The notes below the pieces were generated by a model that had not been told where the DNA came from, ran no database searches, and worked only from the letters and a program-made list of their open reading frames with translations. Both the position numbers and the translations under genes were made by a program. Of a DNA stretch of 57,423 bases, positions 53,349 to 57,423 are shown in pieces. Source of the stretch: a virus (lineage: Duplodnaviria; Caudoviricetes). The stretch spans positions 1 to 57,423 of the IMG/VR virus record IMGVR_UViG_3300030329_003887; one strand, 5' to 3'. Each line of letters starts with the position of its first letter. Within the stretch, counting starts at the first letter, position 1.

Positions 53349-53555
53349 CTTGACTAACCCGGTCAACCGGGGTGTCAAGTAAGTATCTCAGTCTTGACTA
53401 ACATGACTACTATGGGGGGGATTAGTGACCCCTGTAACTTATCCTCTCTATATAATCTCTATATCCTATCATGTCTAAGATGTAGTAGATGGTTAGACCC
53501 CTTAGATGGTTAAGTCAGGGTGTACTAAGCACCCCCATAGTAGTCTTATTAGCCA
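53349..53555. other. Candidate replication origin (inverted repeat and short direct repeats)
   Basis: 24-nt imperfect inverted repeat 53395-53418 / 53532-53555; CTTGACTAAC x2, TAGATGGTTA x2, CTCTATAT x2; AT-rich core; upstream of primase-helicase. Confidence 0.5.
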
Positions 53556-53577
53556 GTCCAGAACTAATATTCAAAAA

Positions 53578-53623
53578 TGAGAAAAGGGTTCCCCCAGAAA
53601 AACTAGGGGAACCCTTTCTTTTG
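53578..53623. terminator. Terminator ending the early - strand block (possibly bidirectional)
   Basis: GAAAAGGGTTCCCC...GGGGAACCCTTTC stem with T-runs on both strands, directly after stop at 53624. Confidence 0.65.
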
Positions 53624-54439
53624 CTACAAAGCTTGCAGCGCGGCGACAACAGAATGTTTCTTTGTCTTCTCTACCGCATCATGCATGCCTTGAAGTGTTT
53701 CACCGAGGATAGCTTCGAAGCCTCGAATCTTTTCGCGAAGTTCATCCGACTTCTTCAGGCGATTCTTGAGGGCATTCTTCTTCATGTCCTTGGTGGAAAC
53801 ATCTTTCTCAATGAGAGCCAACTCCTTCTGGATGTCAGCATCAAGAGAAGCAATAACGCTCTTCACCGAATCATCATCAAGGACAGTCGTGAACAGGGTT
53901 GCTCTCGTCCGTCCATTAATGCTGCAGTTTTCAGCGCACCGGACCACACTCTTCCATTCCGGAACAGAGTTTTCTGGAATCCAGTAGGCACCGCCACCAC
54001 CAGAGAGTGCCGGAATACCATTCAGGCATCGGGTAGCAATCTCCACCAGCATTCCAGAAACTGCTTCCGGTGGAATGTACCCAAGCTCTCGCTGATACCG
54101 GGCATTGATTTCATCTTCAATATCGATCGGCTCAGAAAACTCAAGACCAAAGGTTCCCACCTTGACGGTCAAACGGGATTCACCCTTCCAAGAAGTAGAA
54201 GTGCATTCCGTCTTAATGACTGCGAAGTTTCCGTGGTTGTTCAGGGGCTTGACTTTGTCATTCCCGAACAGTCCCCGCAAAGTATTTCTCAGTGCAAGAT
54301 GCTTGGTTGTCGGTGATGGAACATAATCTGCCAGACCAAGTTCAGACATGCCTTGAAGCAAGCGGTCTCGGTCAGTTGATGATGATCTCCATGATGTGAG
54401 ACATCCATTAGTTTTGAGTTGAAAGTTATCTTCATTCAT
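53624..54439 (-). CDS. Hypothetical protein of the MoxR/vWA neighbourhood (coiled-coil C-terminus)
   Basis: 271 aa, GGAGGT RBS, GGGAYWIP motif. Confidence 0.75.
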   Translation of the reverse strand: MNEDNFQLKTNGCLTSWRSSSTDRDRLLQGMSELGLADYVPSPTTKHLALRNTLRGLFGNDKVKPLNNHGNFAVIKTECTSTSWKGESRLTVKVGTFGLEFSEPIDIEDEINARYQRELGYIPPEAVSGMLVEIATRCLNGIPALSGGGGAYWIPENSVPEWKSVVRCAENCSINGRTRATLFTTVLDDDSVKSVIASLDADIQKELALIEKDVSTKDMKKNALKNRLKKSDELREKIRGFEAILGETLQGMHDAVEKTKKHSVVAALQAL

Positions 54440-54447
54440 TTTATTTT

Positions 54448-54530
54448 ACCTCCAAAGTAAATGCGCAAAACGCGCAGTTGTATTGCTGAATGCAACACAC
54501 AAAAGAGCACCAATAAAACTATTGATGCTC
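54448..54530 (-). promoter_or_regulatory. Tandem-hairpin leader element, copy 5 (variant)
   Basis: GAGCATCAATA-GTTT-TATTGGTGCTC, TTTTGTGT, GTTGCATT/AATACAAC, TGCGCG-TTT-TGCGCA, GGAGGT. Confidence 0.55.
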
Positions 54531-54555
54531 GATTGACTGGTGCATTAAGCGAAGT

Positions 54556-55830
54556 TCAGTCAGCCACCTGAACAACACGGGCCCATTCTGGGACTCTGCG
54601 TCTGCTCCCATTTCTGGTCAAGACAATGATTACCCTCATTCCTTTTGGGGCAACCCTTGGCCAAGGGGATTCGCCATCGGTAATCACGATACACAGATCA
54701 ATCTTGGGCCGAAGTTTTCTGGTAGCTTCGATACCGACACGCATGTCTGTTCCACCACCACCTAAAGTTTCTACTTTAGATGCTCGTGTAACTTTCTGCT
54801 GCGAGTGTACTTGAGAATCGGTTGCCAATACTCGTACACCCTTGCCTCCGAGAGCACGAATGACGCCTTGCGTTTCCGAAAGGGCATCATCCAAGTCACC
54901 GCCGAACATTGAAGCAGATGTATCCAATACAATAGCCGTATCGGGGATTGGTCTACGTGATGCGGGCATAACAAAACGCCCGTAAATAGATTGTCGGCGG
55001 CTCGGCTTCTTGTAAGTGAAGTCAACAGCACCAGCGACATCCGCTACGCAGGCTCGAACAGCCGAAGCCAACTCTTTCTGCCAAGGAATCTTAGGCGGGG
55101 AAAGGTTTTCTCTAGCTTTATTCAGGATGCCCAGAGGAACACGCCCTACATTCTTGGCATGCTCTTCAATCTTTTCCGAAGCTTGCTGCTTCAGAACTTC
55201 GAGCAATGCAGCAGAGATTTCTTCTACACCACTCTCAGCTTCGGGCCCGTCTTCCCAAGAACGCTGGCGTCCATCCATAGATGAACCCCCGTCTTCTTCA
55301 GGTGGAGAATCACCCCCTTCGGATGAGCCTTCACCTTCGCCTTCGCTTCCACTTTCTCCTTCCCCTTCCCCCTCTTCGTCTTCTTCGTTTTCATCTTCAT
55401 CATGAATATGTTCGAAGTAGTACTCGGCAAGCTTCCCATTTTCAAGGTCAAAGTTTGTCGGTAGATGGGGCGGGTAGGCTGAAGGGAAAGGGCAGCCTTC
55501 TGCTTGGAGATCGTCATTGATTTCACAATCAGCGGCGATGTTCCAATCACGAAAGCTACGACCATTGACACGTTTGTAGTGCTCAAGAAAAGTATGCAAG
55601 ACTTCATGCTGCCACATGGTAGCCAACTCTGGAACACTCAACTCCAGAACAAAGCGTGTGTTGAAGTAAAATCTTCCGAGGGTATCTGTACCCACAGTTG
55701 GAATCTCTTTCTTCGGCACAAGAGCCATTGCCATGAAGTTGGTATCAAAGTACGGCCAGCGTTTGATAGCCGCCAGCCTTGCAGCTTTGAGTTTAAACAA
55801 AGCTTCCTTAAGTTCTTTCTCTTCTTCCAC
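54556..55830 (-). CDS. Metallopeptidase-like + vWA domain protein (DUF2201-like), MoxR partner
   Basis: HEVLH (HExxH), NIAADCEIND, acidic linker, vWA MIDAS DTSAS, GGGGTDM, VITDG..PWP. Confidence 0.88.
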   Translation of the reverse strand: MEEEKELKEALFKLKAARLAAIKRWPYFDTNFMAMALVPKKEIPTVGTDTLGRFYFNTRFVLELSVPELATMWQHEVLHTFLEHYKRVNGRSFRDWNIAADCEINDDLQAEGCPFPSAYPPHLPTNFDLENGKLAEYYFEHIHDEDENEEDEEGEGEGESGSEGEGEGSSEGGDSPPEEDGGSSMDGRQRSWEDGPEAESGVEEISAALLEVLKQQASEKIEEHAKNVGRVPLGILNKARENLSPPKIPWQKELASAVRACVADVAGAVDFTYKKPSRRQSIYGRFVMPASRRPIPDTAIVLDTSASMFGGDLDDALSETQGVIRALGGKGVRVLATDSQVHSQQKVTRASKVETLGGGGTDMRVGIEATRKLRPKIDLCIVITDGESPWPRVAPKGMRVIIVLTRNGSRRRVPEWARVVQVAD

Positions 55831-55834
55831 ATTA

Positions 55835-55906
55835 ACCTCCTATTTGTGTGCGTTGTGGATTGTACACACAGTAAAAGACACCGACCTTTGCGGGCCGGTG
55901 CCTTTT
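55835..55906 (-). promoter_or_regulatory. Tandem-hairpin leader element, copy 6
   Basis: AAAAGGCACCGGCC-CGCAAA-GGTCGGTGTCTTTT, AC, TGTGTGT...GCACACA, AATA, GGAGGT. Confidence 0.75.
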
Positions 55907-55937
55907 CCTACGGATACAATCAGTCTACCGCCTAGCT

Positions 55938-57002
55938 TCAAACACCTTCCTCTGGAAAGGTTGATGGTTCCTTCATCAAGTTGGATGAGAATCCAATCTG
56001 TCTATGGATTTTCCATCGAACTTTTCTAGAAGGATGGGGTCTGATTTCAAGCAGATACTGATACCCATTCTTATCCATTGCCTCAATCACAAGGTGGTCA
56101 GGCGGAAGGGATTCAGGCCACCGGAATGGGAAGATGCGTATCGGAAATACCGGTATCATTTCTCTTCCATAGCCCTCCCGGTGGAATCCGGGAGTACGAA
56201 GATCTGCTTGAAAAATACCTTTCTCCATCAAAGGTTTTCTCCATCGATAGCCATCTTCATAAGCAAAGAGCGGGCCCAACCCAGCCTTCAGGTTTCTCAC
56301 ACCTTTCTCAATGTTGTCATTGAGTTGATGGGGGTATTTCCCAAAGACTTCTTCGAGCCTGTCATTGAATATCTTCTGAAAGCGGGGCCTTGCCCTTTTC
56401 TTCAGCAACTCAATCCGGTTTTCAAGGGTGAGTTCCCGTTCCACCAGTTGAGATTGCTTCATCCTTTCCGATACATACAGCTTACCTTGGAGTGTAGTCC
56501 TACGATGCCTTGTCTGCTGTTTGATGATCTTCAAGAGAGCCTTAGCTTTTTGGGGCAGCTTATCTTCTGAGAAGTGACGCCAGCCACCTCTAAACTCATG
56601 GATCCACTGCTCTTTAAAGCTTCGACAAGAACATTTTTTGCCGTTTGCAACTCTCCACATCTCATCTTTCATGAGTGCAGCTTTGCCCAGATGGGCAGTC
56701 AAAGTGACTGCACCATCGGGCCAAACAATAATGCGATGCAGTTTTTTCTGACACCGCATTCGGAAAGAGAATGCATTCGGAACCCAGCCTCCTGTCGGAG
56801 AAAAGAACTCAGGGTTTTGTTTCGCTACCCGGTCGAGGAAAGACCATCCAACACGGCCCCTATCCCAACTGAGAAAGGGGATTTTTTTATACTTTATCTC
56901 CCGAGTATGATCGAAACATTTAATAACCTGTGTTCCTTTCTGCCCAACTTCGAGTTCTTGAACATCATCCACGCCTACCTGAGTGAAAACATCATCCATC
57001 AT
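55938..57002 (-). CDS. Basic hypothetical protein coupled to MoxR (Cys/His motif)
   Basis: 354 aa; ATGA overlap with MoxR stop; RC...H...H...CSC. Confidence 0.7.
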   Translation of the reverse strand: MMDDVFTQVGVDDVQELEVGQKGTQVIKCFDHTREIKYKKIPFLSWDRGRVGWSFLDRVAKQNPEFFSPTGGWVPNAFSFRMRCQKKLHRIIVWPDGAVTLTAHLGKAALMKDEMWRVANGKKCSCRSFKEQWIHEFRGGWRHFSEDKLPQKAKALLKIIKQQTRHRRTTLQGKLYVSERMKQSQLVERELTLENRIELLKKRARPRFQKIFNDRLEEVFGKYPHQLNDNIEKGVRNLKAGLGPLFAYEDGYRWRKPLMEKGIFQADLRTPGFHREGYGREMIPVFPIRIFPFRWPESLPPDHLVIEAMDKNGYQYLLEIRPHPSRKVRWKIHRQIGFSSNLMKEPSTFPEEGV

Positions 57003-57423
57003 TTACCTCCCGAAAAGAAACCAGCGGCTTCCATTGTGGGAAACAATTCGATGAACGAATCAGGAATCTCTACGCCGGATACTTGATTCTTCAACAGGTG
57101 CATCGCAGGAATACAGGCAATGTCGTGACCACCCTGCAGTGAAGCAGAACGGCAGATTTCCGACGCAGCCAGCCAGCGTTTTGCTGTTGGTTTCCTCAAG
57201 ACAGCAGCAACAACAGAGTTCAAAACCACATGAGCTTTGTCACCCCGAGTTGGATGCTCGTACATAGAAGGATCAGCAAGAAGAAGTTCAGGATCAGGAA
57301 GATCCAGATTCTCAATGAACGTCATGAATGAAGTGGCTGGATCTCCAACCATTCCACGAACAAGACGAAGAACAACAGCACCATCTGCATCAATAGCTTC
57401 TGCGGCTGCCAGCAATCGAGCAC
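56999..57423 (-). CDS. MoxR-like AAA+ ATPase, 3' part
   Basis: In-frame continuation of 1..914 through the terminal repeat (LDLPDPELLL lid region). Confidence 0.88.
   Translation of the reverse strand, partial: ARLLAAAEAIDADGAVVLRLVRGMVGDPATSFMTFIENLDLPDPELLLADPSMYEHPTRGDKAHVVLNSVVAAVLRKPTAKRWLAASEICRSASLQGGHDIACIPAMHLLKNQVSGVEIPDSFIELFPTMEAAGFFSGGK
57324..57423. repeat. Terminal direct repeat, right copy
   Basis: Identical to nt 1-100 except one base. Confidence 0.95.

Noticed and set aside
53489-54316. 275 aa + strand ORF and other long antisense ORFs (e.g. 1242-1892, 10581-11249, 48928-49518, 56004-56570)
   Set aside because: They shadow better-supported opposite-strand genes that have RBSs and motifs, and show no recognisable features.

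Overview
The window appears to be a complete, circularly permuted tailed dsDNA phage genome (Caudoviricetes) of about 57.3 kb. The last 100 nt (57324-57423) repeat nt 1-100 with one synonymous mismatch, and a MoxR-like AAA+ gene runs across that junction. The + strand (4489-40296) carries the virion and lysis genes: terminase, portal, scaffold, major capsid, cement proteins, tail tube/nozzle-like proteins, three putative ejection proteins (one of 2685 aa with an embedded GNAT-like domain), fibres, an Asp-box propeller, four small paralogous beta-proteins and a YkuD-like lysin. No tape measure or sheath gene was recognised, so a short-tailed (podo-like) morphology is inferred. The - strand carries replication genes (UDG-fused family A polymerase, SSB-like, Sak4-like ATPase, Cas4-like nuclease, SNF2-type helicase, tRNA-Leu(UAA), primase-SF3 helicase, Rad50/SMC-like ATPase) and an 'early' block containing a MoxR + metallopeptidase/vWA module. 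No integrase, RNA polymerase, reverse transcriptase or CRISPR array was seen. The main unexplained signals are: (1) a covarying tandem-hairpin leader repeated before six early genes; (2) a short peptide motif shared by the scaffold C-terminus and three other head-module proteins, a candidate capsid-loading tag; (3) two pseudoknotted non-coding elements (48832-48914 and 40582-40927); (4) a GC-rich island at the divergence point; (5) apparent near-absence of CCWGG. All product calls come from motif reading and synteny by eye; no database searches or folding programs were run.
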